Shown piece by piece: positions 43,526 through 55,400 of a stretch of 64,000 nucleotides of DNA; positions within the stretch are counted from its first letter, which is position 1; each line of letters opens with the position of its first letter. Under the pieces are notes generated by a model. The model made no database searches and was not told the origin of the DNA. It was given only the letters and a program-made list of their open reading frames with translations. Location of the stretch: the IMG/VR virus record IMGVR_UViG_3300009164_000002, positions 2,968-66,967 of that record. One strand, given 5' to 3'. This stretch comes from a virus. The position numbers were made by a program, and so were the translations under genes.

Positions 43526-45097
43526 ATGGCACTACCTAACCCTCCAAACAATGTTCCTCAGATTATAGATGTTCAAAACCCATCTAGTAATCACCATATA
43601 GTAAGCGTTAAGATGCCTACTAATTTGGCAAGTAAATGGCCTTCTAAGGCGTGGGGAACGTCAATTGCAGACATTGGTCTATCAGCCAAGGATGCGGCTC
43701 TCTACCCCAATTACGTGCTAGTTGATGTAGAGCCAATTAAAAACACTCCTGATCTTCTTTGGATATTCCAGAAGCTTGATGGTCCTGAGTGGAAGACAAA
43801 ATCAACTGGAGTTCCAAATCTTGCACCAGCTAAGTTTTCGAATCAAATTACTACAATTCAAAAAAGACGTGAGGTTGATCCTTTAACAGACCCATCACCG
43901 TTGGGTGGCAATTTAATTTCATCTATTATACAACAAAAAGATGATACAGGTAAGGCTATTGAAGTAAATACTGAGGAAATAATTACTTCTACTTCCCCAT
44001 TGATTGGAGAAGTTACAGATACTTGGGGAATAAATAAAACTGAAGAATCTTATGTTGATGAAGCAACTTCAGTTGAATCTGGATTTGGAGTTAAAGCTAG
44101 TAAAGTCGCACCTATTGGAATGTCTAAAGCTGTAAAAATCACAGAAAGATACCCAGATGTAATCACTAAATTAGAGGGTGAGGAATACGACAGGGAAACA
44201 AGTGCAGTCATTCAAACCAGTAAACATCTTGTTGATGCAAGTTTAGCAAGTAGCTTTGCCAATCAACTCCGAAATAGTGGAGGCATAATTAATCAAGTTG
44301 AAGTTCAACCTTTAGATAAATGGCATAGTATAGTTATTGCCAATAAAATGAATGATCTTCCAGACATTCAAGAATGGCAAGAAACTACTGAAATCAGTCT
44401 TCCTGCTAAATTAAAAAAAGTTGGTGTAGTATGGGATACTAGTGAAAGCGTAGAGGAGAATTCATCTGGTGTTAATAATATATCAATTATCAGGGCTAGG
44501 AATTACGAATGGGGAATAACCGCTTTTGGCAAAATACAAGCAACTTGCTCTGGGGCTCCATTTATTGATATTGAGCCCGGACTTAGGGGAACTGCATTAG
44601 TGAGTGTGAAAAGAGAATATTTCCATGAAGCTCCACTAGTAGATATTGCTTCAGTCCATGTATTTAAACCAGTCATTGGTATACTTCAAATAAACGGGTT
44701 TTCTGTTACAGATGCTCGTAAAGTCGTTTGGAATGGAATTGGTAATAGGAAATTTAGCGATGATTATAATAATTCGTATGATATAGATGATAAACTTATT
44801 ATTAGCACATTTGGACCATTTGAGCATGATAGCATTCCTGCGACACCAGACAACATGGGTGATGATCCAAATATAGTTAAAGATATATATTCTACTACAG
44901 GATCTACTCCTGATGCTTTTATAATAGAAAATCCAACTGTAGCTTTTACTTTTCAAAAAAGTGGAAGTGCAACTTTAACTTTACCTGTAAGCTCTATTCC
45001 TTTAATAAAAGGAGATACATATGTTTCTAATATTATAGTTAAGCCTTGGAGACTTGGAAAATGGGTTCGAGAAACTTATACTGTAACTGTTCCATAA
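43526..45097 (+). CDS. putative tail/virion structural protein
   Basis: Beta-rich, in the structural module; preceded by TTTAG-N5-CTAAA. Confidence 0.55.
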   Translation: MALPNPPNNVPQIIDVQNPSSNHHIVSVKMPTNLASKWPSKAWGTSIADIGLSAKDAALYPNYVLVDVEPIKNTPDLLWIFQKLDGPEWKTKSTGVPNLAPAKFSNQITTIQKRREVDPLTDPSPLGGNLISSIIQQKDDTGKAIEVNTEEIITSTSPLIGEVTDTWGINKTEESYVDEATSVESGFGVKASKVAPIGMSKAVKITERYPDVITKLEGEEYDRETSAVIQTSKHLVDASLASSFANQLRNSGGIINQVEVQPLDKWHSIVIANKMNDLPDIQEWQETTEISLPAKLKKVGVVWDTSESVEENSSGVNNISIIRARNYEWGITAFGKIQATCSGAPFIDIEPGLRGTALVSVKREYFHEAPLVDIASVHVFKPVIGILQINGFSVTDARKVVWNGIGNRKFSDDYNNSYDIDDKLIISTFGPFEHDSIPATPDNMGDDPNIVKDIYSTTGSTPDAFIIENPTVAFTFQKSGSATLTLPVSSIPLIKGDTYVSNIIVKPWRLGKWVRETYTVTVP

Positions 45098-45113
45098 ATT
45101 ATTTTTTATTAAT

Positions 45114-45899
45114 ATGTCTAGTGATTATATAAACGAAACGCTTAAACAAGTAACTGATGCAGTATATAGTGCTTTAGTTGGACCGTCAGATAATAAAATG
45201 TCGATGGAAGAAAAATTAAAAGCTTTAAGTAGTTCCCAACCAAGTGTTACATCAAATAAATTATTACAACCAGATTTCGAAAGAATCAAACCAAGTCCAA
45301 ATGGTATTCCTAATTATGGATTGAATTTAGATCCAAATTTCAAAGTTGAAAACTTTGTTATGGTGGAAAGAAAAAAAGATAAATTTGTTTCAGAAACAAT
45401 AGTAAATAAAGTTAAAGTTGGTATTAAAGAGCGAATACCTTTAAGTATAATTGATTATCAACCAGCGCATTTACCAGTTCCTGCATCAGAACCTGCTGAA
45501 GGATCAATTAGGTATTGGATTGAGTATGGTGATGTAAATGGATTGCTTCCTATTAACATAGATAGTTATCATGACATAACCAGCACTACACATTTCTTTG
45601 TAAAAATAACTCTTAATTCTGATCCAGATAGCTCACTGGCAAATTCAGTTGAAATTGTAAAAGGAGCATCAAATACAACTTATTCAACTCCGCCATGGGG
45701 CATTGATGGTAGTAGACCTGCAAATACCTATTATTATTTAGGCTCGGTAACTATTAATGATGATTCATTTGTAATCCTTAATACAGGTGGTGGTTCGTTA
45801 TCTTTAACTGAACATATAAGTAATATATCTCCAAATGGAGCGATAGCTGGTGACGTATCTATATCTAAACAATTTGCTTTTATTAGACAAAATTACTAA
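45114..45899 (+). CDS. putative tail protein
   Basis: Beta-rich C-terminal domain. Confidence 0.5.
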   Translation: MSSDYINETLKQVTDAVYSALVGPSDNKMSMEEKLKALSSSQPSVTSNKLLQPDFERIKPSPNGIPNYGLNLDPNFKVENFVMVERKKDKFVSETIVNKVKVGIKERIPLSIIDYQPAHLPVPASEPAEGSIRYWIEYGDVNGLLPINIDSYHDITSTTHFFVKITLNSDPDSSLANSVEIVKGASNTTYSTPPWGIDGSRPANTYYYLGSVTINDDSFVILNTGGGSLSLTEHISNISPNGAIAGDVSISKQFAFIRQNY

Positions 45900-47986
45900 T
45901 GCCAAATTATCAGGACAGTTTGAATTTAACTCCTCCTAGCATCGGCTTTAAGGCTGAACTAGGTGATAATGGTTGGAATATGAATTATTATGCTCCTTTC
46001 CGTCCATTTTTCTTTGTCCCATTTGCTAATGGTGTAAGTGGAATAACTGTAACTGCTTCCTTAACTGGGGCTTCAGTGAGTGCTTATCAACCTTACTGGA
46101 GTCATCCTGTTCAACCTGATGATTATGAAGTGCATTGTGGAGATGTCCCGCCATATGCTTATCGCACATATGATTATACTTCTACGGGTAGTAAAATATA
46201 CAGTAGTCAAAATCAACAATATTTAAATGAAACTTACAACCTAGTTATTCATACTGAAAATGAATATCAATACACTACTAGTTCTGCTGGGTTAAGTGTA
46301 AATAATGTAATTATTGTAAATACTCAAACAGGATCAGGCGCTCAATTTCAAGCCGAACTTGATTACAATTACACTGTAGATTCTTATAGCTCAACAAAAA
46401 GCATTGAAGATATAAATCCGGTTTATACTTTAATTGCCACTAATGTTGAAGACATAGCATTAAGTGATCCATTATCTACTGGAAATATTAATACATGGGT
46501 AGATGAAATATTAAACGCTAGATCAATTGACTCAAATTATAATTCATTTCAAAATGGTGTACTTGAATTATCTTATTTGTCTGATAGCTCTGATTTCCAT
46601 GGATATAGTAGATCAAAAGTAAGGTTCAGGGTGAACTTAGGTAACTATCTTAGCGGTTATGGAACTAATATAGATGAGGATACATCAACTATAAATGGGA
46701 CATTTAAAGCTCAGATACGAATGATTCGCAGGAGAAATAAAATAGCAGCAATAACTGGAAGAACGGCAAGTTCTTTTGGTGGAAGTAAACAAGCTATTTC
46801 TTTTGCTAACGGATTCTACCAAGAAGTTCTATCTGAAGAGTGCACAGGGATATTAGTTGAGCAAGATACTAGGGAAGAGTTTTTTGCTACTTATGATAAC
46901 TTTCAATCTGGATTAGACGCATTTCCTAATCACAGTTACACTATTAAGCATGATTTAATGAATGGAGCTAAACCATATTATAGTCCTCGTGCTTCCCGTG
47001 ATTTAGTCTCTTATGATAACTATTATACTAACTCTCCAAGTTTTGGTGGTTTTTATCGTTATCACGATATTTTTGCAGCTAATATAGTTATGCGTCCAAA
47101 AGATGGAATGATCTATCGAATTACTTTAACATTAGTTACTACTGATCCAGATACATATCAAGAAGTTATAGAGACTTTTACTGAAACAATTGACGAAACT
47201 ACTTTAAAAGCTACATGGTTATTATCCAAAGATTATCCGATTGATTCAGATGAGTATAATTTATATATATCTTTATTAGAATTAAGAGTAGTTGATAACA
47301 CAGGCAATATAACATGGCAAGAAATACCAGAACCTAATGAGCAAATTTCTCAATCATTAAATGATTCTAAAGTTCTTTTAGTTGAATCTAAAAGTGTAGC
47401 TAATAATTCCTTTGGATTTAAAGGTGGAAATATTAATTTAGTGCCTCGGACACGTTATAGAGTGAAAACTGATACTGCTGCTCTTACTACTTTAATAGCT
47501 GATCCGCAAAATATACCTGATCCTAATTGTGGTGAGAATGGATATCCAACTGGATCTTATAATCAAGTAAACGTATCTACATACAATGAATTTAATACTG
47601 GATACACAACCGAGACAATTACATGTTCTCGAACCGCAGGTGGAAAAACAGATAGAAATCTGTATTCTTATTCTTCATCAAACAAAAGTTCTAATTTTTT
47701 AAATAATCCATATTTATTTATTACTGATGTCAGCGCACCTGATTTTGTAAGTGATACTACTTACAGGAAAGAATGGAGCGGCAATGAATCAAATGAAGTA
47801 TATAGTGGAGTGAAATATGATGGCGGTGGTGATGCATACGAAATGACTATTATTGAAGAAGAATTAATACAGGATGTTGATGTAATATATGAAAATGGTG
47901 GAAACTGGACTGATTGGATTGAAGTTCCAGTTCCAGCCTCTGGTAGTCATTGGCAATATGGAGGAATACGTCCAGTTCCTGATTAA
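45899..47986 (+). CDS. putative tail/receptor-binding protein
   Basis: Tyr/Asn/Thr/Ser-rich, low GC, TAATG coupling. Confidence 0.5.
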   Translation: MPNYQDSLNLTPPSIGFKAELGDNGWNMNYYAPFRPFFFVPFANGVSGITVTASLTGASVSAYQPYWSHPVQPDDYEVHCGDVPPYAYRTYDYTSTGSKIYSSQNQQYLNETYNLVIHTENEYQYTTSSAGLSVNNVIIVNTQTGSGAQFQAELDYNYTVDSYSSTKSIEDINPVYTLIATNVEDIALSDPLSTGNINTWVDEILNARSIDSNYNSFQNGVLELSYLSDSSDFHGYSRSKVRFRVNLGNYLSGYGTNIDEDTSTINGTFKAQIRMIRRRNKIAAITGRTASSFGGSKQAISFANGFYQEVLSEECTGILVEQDTREEFFATYDNFQSGLDAFPNHSYTIKHDLMNGAKPYYSPRASRDLVSYDNYYTNSPSFGGFYRYHDIFAANIVMRPKDGMIYRITLTLVTTDPDTYQEVIETFTETIDETTLKATWLLSKDYPIDSDEYNLYISLLELRVVDNTGNITWQEIPEPNEQISQSLNDSKVLLVESKSVANNSFGFKGGNINLVPRTRYRVKTDTAALTTLIADPQNIPDPNCGENGYPTGSYNQVNVSTYNEFNTGYTTETITCSRTAGGKTDRNLYSYSSSNKSSNFLNNPYLFITDVSAPDFVSDTTYRKEWSGNESNEVYSGVKYDGGGDAYEMTIIEEELIQDVDVIYENGGNWTDWIEVPVPASGSHWQYGGIRPVPD

Positions 47987-48077
47987 TTAAAATCAATTAT
48001 TTAGTTTTTACTTTTTAGTCTTTTCATTTAGAATTTAATCATATACAAATATTTCAACCTTAATTTAAATAACGTTT

Positions 48078-48662
48078 ATGCCTTACTCTTCAGCCCCAGT
48101 TTCATTCTTTGGTCCCACTTACGCTCTTACTAGTAATGCAGTCACATTGCCTACAGTGGATAGCACCGACGTAACCGTAGGGACTTTCACCGTAACGGGA
48201 ACTAGTGCGATAGTAACTGTGTCAACAACTCACAATTTGCTTGTTGGTGATAAGGTAGCTTTGTCAAGTAGCACGACTCTTCCTGCTCCGTTTACCGCAA
48301 CTGATTACTTTGTGGTTAGTGTTCCTACTCCAACTACTCTTACGCTTTCGCTTACTAATAATGGCAATGCTGTTGTAAGCACTAATACAGGCACTGGAAC
48401 GCATACAATTAAGGTGCTTGGAATCCTTCAAGAGGTTACCAATGTTGAAGCACACGCAACTACAGGTGACTGGAGGAAGATTACTTATGGAATCATGGAG
48501 ATGCTTTATCAACGTTGGTTAAATACAGATACAGCAAATCGTTCTGCTCAAATGAGCATTAGTCGTTCATCTACAACAAATGATGTTACAGGAGCGGTTA
48601 CTCGTTCTTATACTGTTCGTGTAACGACTATTCCATCTGGTATGGAAGTAATTGATGAATGA
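48078..48662 (+). CDS. virion protein with an FCCH-like beta domain
   Basis: THNLLVGDKV...TDYFV...TTLTLSLT...GTGTHT. Confidence 0.6.
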   Translation: MPYSSAPVSFFGPTYALTSNAVTLPTVDSTDVTVGTFTVTGTSAIVTVSTTHNLLVGDKVALSSSTTLPAPFTATDYFVVSVPTPTTLTLSLTNNGNAVVSTNTGTGTHTIKVLGILQEVTNVEAHATTGDWRKITYGIMEMLYQRWLNTDTANRSAQMSISRSSTTNDVTGAVTRSYTVRVTTIPSGMEVIDE

Positions 48663-48730
48663 TTTTAGTCTTTATTTAATTCATGTTAAATGCTTGAGTT
48701 TTTTAAAGATAATTGTATCATGCACCTAAG

Positions 48731-49390
48731 ATGTCTAAGACTATTACATTAAGTGAAGCCGTAACACGCTTTGGTCCTTTAATTACAACAGGTGTTGAAA
48801 TTGAAGACGTAATCCAAGAGGCTGTAGACCGCATTTTTGAACTAGGCAGATACCCCGGAACTACTATTGAAGTTGAACTTTTAGAGTCTGATTTTATTGC
48901 TAGTTCAGATAACAATGAGTGGTATTGTGAGTTTGATGAGGCTCTTTATGCGGGTGCTATTGGCTTTCGAAACAAGAGTCGTGGTTGGTCAATTGTAGAT
49001 CAAGTGTCTCTTTATAAAGATGGTATTAACTCAGGAGATCATGATTTCATTGATCTTGGAACAATCCTTCAGGGCGATGGCACTGAGATTAGACGTTATC
49101 GTTGTCCTCGTAATTTCCAACCAGAACATGCTCCTTTTTATGCTTTAATGAAAAAGGAAGCTCCACTATTGGATGATAATGATTTGATTCCTATTCAAAG
49201 TATTTCAGCTTTAAAGATCGCCATTCAAGCAGTATGTTATGAGAACGTATCCGATGAAAATCTAGCTCAATCTAAATGGGCTGAGTTCTTTCAATTTATG
49301 ACGGCAAGTGAGAAACAATCCTCTGGTAGAAAGAAATACTACATTGGAATGGATTCTTCCTTGAAACGTAAGCCAAAACAATTTATGTAA
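48731..49390 (+). CDS. putative head-tail adaptor / tubular protein
   Basis: Size, position, helical termini; ATG at 48731. Confidence 0.45.
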   Translation: MSKTITLSEAVTRFGPLITTGVEIEDVIQEAVDRIFELGRYPGTTIEVELLESDFIASSDNNEWYCEFDEALYAGAIGFRNKSRGWSIVDQVSLYKDGINSGDHDFIDLGTILQGDGTEIRRYRCPRNFQPEHAPFYALMKKEAPLLDDNDLIPIQSISALKIAIQAVCYENVSDENLAQSKWAEFFQFMTASEKQSSGRKKYYIGMDSSLKRKPKQFM

Positions 49391-49411
49391 TATTTTAGCC
49401 AGACTAAAGAC

Positions 49412-50944
49412 ATGGGAGCATTTGATAACAGAGCAGGTAGAGCGGGATACGATGAGACAGGTCGGGCTATTTCTGGTATGGCTGGAAGTCAATCTAGAGA
49501 CGAAGATCGTCGCCGCATCCAAGGAGAAAAGAATGTCATTAGACAGGCTCAAAAGAATGCTAGAAATGCCCTTAGAAGTGGAGACATAAAAGCATGGACT
49601 GAATGGAATACCGCAGCAGGTGGTGTTACATCTGCTATTCCTAGTTCTGAACAACTTAACAGAAATGCAGAAGCTCGTGTGTTCCGTAATACTAATGATG
49701 CAGCTAATCTACGTCCAGCTGGAGTTGCACCCCAAGAACAAGCTAATGCACAACAACCAGCAGCAAGTAATGTAGCAACTAATAATACTGTTGCCAGTGC
49801 TCCTCCTAAAGGTGGGCTTGGAAGTGGTGCAGCTGGCTCTGGATTAACATCTGGTGCAGCAGGTTCAGGACTAGGTAATGGAGCGGCTGGTGGTGGTTTA
49901 AGATCTGGTGCTGCGGGTAGTGGATTGAATAACGGTAAAGCACCTGCTGGCGGTGTCGATGATGGTGTTGCTTCTGCCGCTCCTTCTGCCGCAGCAGATA
50001 GTAGTGTGCCATTCGTTGGTCCTCCAGCTCCTAGTGGCACTACAGAGCAATCTACGCGTGATGCGTTATCTGGTGCATCAAGTTACAATCCATACAACTT
50101 GCCATCGGTAGATCAAGAGAATGCAAAAAGAGCAGAGCTTGAGAAACAAGGAGCATTTGGAACTAAGACTAAAGAGTTTGAAAGATTCCAAGATTCCAAG
50201 CAACGTCGTAGTGATGCTGATCAGCTTAAAGAGCAATATGCTTCTGGTGCTATGGGTAAAGATGAATTCATGGAAAAAGGGATGGCTATTAAAGGAGCCA
50301 CTAAAGCATCTTTAGAAAATATTATTAATTCAACTGAAGCAGTTAATAGTGCGGAACCTCCTGCTAAAGTTGCGGATAATAGAATTTCAGATAATAATAA
50401 AAGAATCTTAGACGAAGCTAGGGCTAGAGGAGCACTCGATAGTCGAGATCCTAATTACAATCCCAATGATCCTAAATTCTCCGAAGCTGCAATTAAAAAA
50501 GGAGCCTCAGACACTTTAGATCAAGCTGCTTTTGACCAAAGTCAAAAAGACTTTAATGATAAGATGTTAGCATCTGAATCAACGAAGCAAAATATTGATA
50601 TATTCAAACAACAGATATTAAATCCAAATAGCACACCGCTCGAAAAAGCAAAAGCTACAGCTTCATTGAATAAAATCAATGATGAGATATTAGCTAAGGG
50701 AACAGGTGTAGAAGCTCAACAAGCTCAAGAGAGATTGAATAATTTTAAATATTTAGATAATGCTGCCTTTGATGTTAATACAAAAGAATCAAAAGACAAA
50801 TATAATGCTAATGCTCGCAATGCACGTAATGCTGCGGCTAAACGTAGTATGGAAATTGCTGCTCGAAATCAAAAAGCAAAAGCAGAAAGAAAGACCGCAA
50901 TAGATAATCAATCACAATCCATGTCTTATTGGATGCAATTTTAA
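49412..50944 (+). CDS. putative internal virion (ejection) protein with Gly-rich repeats
   Basis: GLxSGAAGS repeats, Ala/Gln-rich helices; precedes the giant ORF. Confidence 0.55.
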   Translation: MGAFDNRAGRAGYDETGRAISGMAGSQSRDEDRRRIQGEKNVIRQAQKNARNALRSGDIKAWTEWNTAAGGVTSAIPSSEQLNRNAEARVFRNTNDAANLRPAGVAPQEQANAQQPAASNVATNNTVASAPPKGGLGSGAAGSGLTSGAAGSGLGNGAAGGGLRSGAAGSGLNNGKAPAGGVDDGVASAAPSAAADSSVPFVGPPAPSGTTEQSTRDALSGASSYNPYNLPSVDQENAKRAELEKQGAFGTKTKEFERFQDSKQRRSDADQLKEQYASGAMGKDEFMEKGMAIKGATKASLENIINSTEAVNSAEPPAKVADNRISDNNKRILDEARARGALDSRDPNYNPNDPKFSEAAIKKGASDTLDQAAFDQSQKDFNDKMLASESTKQNIDIFKQQILNPNSTPLEKAKATASLNKINDEILAKGTGVEAQQAQERLNNFKYLDNAAFDVNTKESKDKYNANARNARNAAAKRSMEIAARNQKAKAERKTAIDNQSQSMSYWMQF

Positions 50945-50948
50945 TATA

Positions 50949-52421
50949 ATGGCTGACACATACATTACAGAAAGAGATCGCTATGACCTGCCAACCGTAT
51001 CATCGGGGCAATTCACTGAAGACGTTAACACAAGAGCAGCTGCTAACTTAGGAACAATGAGTGGACAGCTTAACTTATTGCAAATGCAGAAGTTACAGTC
51101 CGAAGTAAATTCGGCAGATATGGCTCGCCGCCAAACAATCTTTCAAGAAGATCAACGATTTAAAAAACAAGCTGAAACAGATGATTATGTTGGATTCTTA
51201 ATGACTCAAGCTGATCAACCAGAAGAAGATAGAGTTAAAAATAACAATCAATATATTAAAGAGAATCCTAATCTTTTGCGAAATCCAGATGCTATGCAAA
51301 TGTTTGGAAACGTAGATATTGGTAGTCGTGCTCAAAGTGAATATAACAAACGCAGAGTTGAAAACAAACAAACTGCGTATGCAGAAAACAAAATTGATTT
51401 TGATATGGCAAATCAAGATAAGGCGGAAGAAACGGCTTTGTTACAAATGGATAATACATTTAAAGCTGCAACTGCTCAAAGACAAGCATTTGATACTGCT
51501 TTAGCTTCAGGTAAAATAAAAGATGCTGGAGAAGTAGCAAGATTGCTTCGTGTATCTAAATTAGATGGCGAAACTCAAAAGAACTTTTCTGATGTAATGT
51601 CAGATCTAAGGTTAATGGGTAATGAAACTTATAATCCTATAGAAACGTATGGTCCTGCATTGCTTGATATGGCAGCATCTTTATCTACTGGATCTAATTT
51701 AGAACAGACTTATGATTATAAAATGGCTCGTAATGCACCGCTTTTAAATTCTTTAGCCAAAGAAGGTATCACTCTGAACTGGAAAGGGACTGATGAAGAA
51801 TTTGAAGCTTCTATTGATGAAGCGGAAAAAAATATTGTATCTAAATTTAAACCTGAAGAAGTGGAAGCTCGATTAAATGGACTTCAAAAGGCAGCAAAAG
51901 ATATTACTGAATATAGAGGTGCAAGCGCATCTAGCGAAACAAATAGAGTTCAAGTAAATGAAAAACTAAACCTTCTTAAAGAGCTAACTAAGAAATCTAA
52001 TCTTGGAGATCCTGAAGCTAAAATTGAAGTGGAAAGATTGCTTTCTGAATTGTCTGTAGTTGCTGGCGGGATGAAAGGTGCATACGATAAAAATATGGCG
52101 GATGTAGAACGTCTCATGAAGATTGATAAAGATAATCTTGATGTTCGTGCTAAAGAAATGAATATTCGCAAGAAGGGTGTTGATATTATTAATTCAACAA
52201 ACGAGGGCGAAAGACAAAAACTTGAACTAGAAATGAAGATTGAACTTCAAGATGCTAAATCAAGAGAGGATTATTTAAAATTCTTACAAGACCAACTTGT
52301 AACTGCAACCAGTGAAACCAAGCCTAGAATTAAATATCAATTAGATCAATTAGCTAAGCAGACAAAATCAACTGATTTTATAGCTCCTGCTGAATCTTCT
52401 GGTTCAATGATCCCAAGATAA
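50949..52421 (+). CDS. putative internal virion (ejection) protein
   Basis: Helical/coiled-coil, position. Confidence 0.55.
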   Translation: MADTYITERDRYDLPTVSSGQFTEDVNTRAAANLGTMSGQLNLLQMQKLQSEVNSADMARRQTIFQEDQRFKKQAETDDYVGFLMTQADQPEEDRVKNNNQYIKENPNLLRNPDAMQMFGNVDIGSRAQSEYNKRRVENKQTAYAENKIDFDMANQDKAEETALLQMDNTFKAATAQRQAFDTALASGKIKDAGEVARLLRVSKLDGETQKNFSDVMSDLRLMGNETYNPIETYGPALLDMAASLSTGSNLEQTYDYKMARNAPLLNSLAKEGITLNWKGTDEEFEASIDEAEKNIVSKFKPEEVEARLNGLQKAAKDITEYRGASASSETNRVQVNEKLNLLKELTKKSNLGDPEAKIEVERLLSELSVVAGGMKGAYDKNMADVERLMKIDKDNLDVRAKEMNIRKKGVDIINSTNEGERQKLELEMKIELQDAKSREDYLKFLQDQLVTATSETKPRIKYQLDQLAKQTKSTDFIAPAESSGSMIPR

Positions 52422-52451
52422 TCTTTTAAAACAAATTTAACTAACACACTA

Positions 52452-55400
52452 ATGCCATTTGACCTTGATGCGATATTTGGAGGTTCCTTAGAGGATCTAA
52501 ATGCACAGACTGAAAAACCTATTGGTGATCTGACAGATCCACGCAACATTATGTTGTTTGATGAGTGGGCTAATGCTACACCTGAGAAACGTAAAAGTGA
52601 ATTAGTAGATGTTGCATTCAATGCACATTATAAAGCTCTAGAAGCTGACAAAGCAAAGAAAGTAGAAATTGTAAATGAAAAGGGTGAGAAGCAAGAGATC
52701 AATATTTTTACTCCAGATGGTAATGTCTCCAATCAAGGAAATGATTATCTAAAGAGAACTAAATCAATGTTTGATGCCGCAGCAGATTCTCCTACTGGTG
52801 GTGTTTATACAGATGAATTTGATGGTCAACGCCGCGTAGAATCATGGACTGGCGAGCTTTATAATAAACGTAAAATAGTAGATCCTTTAGAGGACTACGA
52901 TAAGCTTAAGAAATCTAATGATTCACTTCAAGAAGAGGGTAAATCGGATTGGAGTTTTGATAAATATGTTCAGCTTAAGAATGAAGAACTTGGATTGAAA
53001 GAAGGAGATCCAGCAAGAATTAGTTCTGATAATAAAGCATTAAAGGAACAATTTGATAATCGCAAGGAACTATCAGAAGTCACTAAGGAAAGCTTTGGTG
53101 AGAATTATATCATTAAAAAAGGTGGAGTTTATTTATTGAATCCTGAACGTATTGGTGAAATCACTAAAATGAAAGAAGCTATTAATGCTTTAGATATTTC
53201 ATCGTCAGATAAAAAATTGATGCTTCTAGATTATAGAAGTAAATTTAATGAGGTTGGTGGTCAGTATGTTTCAGAAGCAGCAGCCGCAGAAGCTTCTTCT
53301 GTATCATTCTTGCCTACTAATATGTCAGGAAGTGCTCTTTCCCCTGCAGTTGGTCTTGGTCCATTAACTCCAATTTTGCGTGATGCTGGTGGTAGAATAA
53401 AAGAAGCAGTTGGAATGGATCGTCAAGACTTACAATCTAAGTTTGAAAGGTTCATGTCAGAAGGTAAAGGAGATGTCTTTGACTTTGCTGAACAAAATGC
53501 TGAAGTATTCAACAAGGATAATTACAGTTGGGGTGATAAGCTTAGTAATGAATTCTGGTCAGCAGGTCGTGCAACAGGTGCTGGTATTATGACTTTAGCT
53601 GGCGCTGTTAGTGGTAATGATGACCTAAAAGAATTTGCTACAAGTTTTGCTGGTGATTCCCAAGCATTTACAGATATGGCTTCTAAAGGCCTAATGAATG
53701 AAAGTGAAATAGCATTGGGTATTACTAATAAAGATCTTTATAATGTAGGTGGTCAGATTACAAACATGATGGCTACTTTTGGAACTGGCTCTATTATTAA
53801 AGCTGGTCTTATTGGGGCTGGTAAAGTTGGACTAATGAAGTCTATGTCTATAGCTGCTGCTAAGGCTGCTGGCACGGCAGCTGGTGGAGTTCTGGGTGGA
53901 TATGGTGGTGAGGCTATAGGTGAGGCTGTAGGTGGTGATGTAGGAGGAACTATTGGTGGTATTGCTGGTTCTCTTGTTGGTGGTGGATTAGGTCTTAAGG
54001 GTGTTTCTGAATTAAAAGGAACAGGACTTGCTGAACGTCTATCTAAAATTACAGCTGCTTCTGAAAAGAAAATTGCAGGTGCTGCTGATGAACTTGCACA
54101 AAAAAGTTTTATTCATCGTAATGCTTTAGGCATGATTAAAGATCCGTCTGCTTATATTGGATCAATGCAAGCTACTGGTTTGTCTTTTGGTTCTGAGTAT
54201 AACCGATTGATTGAATCTGGTGTTCCTCAAGATCAAGCTTACAATCAAGCATTAAATGAGGGTTTAGCCAGTGGTGCTTCTGCTCTTATTGCTACATCAG
54301 TATTTAACCGCATAGCTCCGGGTGCTGAGCGTTTAATGAGTGGCGTTGAAGGTTCATTGTCACAAAGCTTTGTTAAAAACATGGCTTCTCGTTTTAATGG
54401 TGCTGCTGGAATGGAAGCAACTAGAGAAGTTATTGAGGAACTTTCTACTGATAAAGCTCTTACTTCAGCAATCTTTAAAGGCGTTAAGGAAACTATGAAT
54501 GAATCAGCCAAGAAAGCTGGTCTTCGTGGATATGGCATGGCGGCTGACGTAGCTGCTGAAAGTATAGAAGAGATGACTGATGAGGCTTTGAATGATGTAT
54601 TTTCTTATATGCTTGATGATTCCAAGAAATGGGAAGATCAAAACGTATGGGCTAATATTTCTAATAACTTTGCAGACTATGTTAAAGCTGGTGTCCTCGG
54701 TGCTATTGGTGGTGCAATGGGTGGTAGTATCAATTCTGGAGCGGAAATTGGTAAATTAATTGTTTCTCCAGAAGCTCGCGCTGAATTCAAAAAAGAAACT
54801 AAGACCAATATTGAAGCTCAATGGAAAATGCTCGCTGATACTTCTAAGACGTTTACTCCTGAATTACGGACTGCGCTTAATGTTGATCCAAATAGTAAAA
54901 AAGCATTAAACTTAGCTGAATATGTTTCTTCGTTTGAAGGACCAATTACTCCTGCTCTTATTGCAGAGAAATCAAAAGCATTTACCAGTATGGCATTGCT
55001 TAGCAATCAAGCTGCCCTAGAGACTGCGATTAAAGGTAGTGAGCCAGTTGCAGAGGGCGATAAAGAGCCAAAGATGCCCCTTGCTGAGGCTATGAAGGGA
55101 TTCAGCCGTCAAGCACCCGGAAGTAGCAATCAAGTCTTACAAGCGGTATTTGGTGAGAATCCTAACTTTAATAAAGATCTTGAGGTAGCTCCTGATAAAA
55201 AAGGAATTAAAATTACAGGAGATCCTGAATTTGCTGGAGCTACGCTTTATCCAGTTAGGATTGGTAACGAAACTTCTGCTATCGCTATGGTGGAAAAGAA
55301 AGACGGAACTGTTTCCTATGTTAGTCCGACTAAAGCCAAAGAGCTACTTGTAAGCAATGGTCAGGCTAAGCTTTCAAATCAAATTAAATCTTTCGATGAT

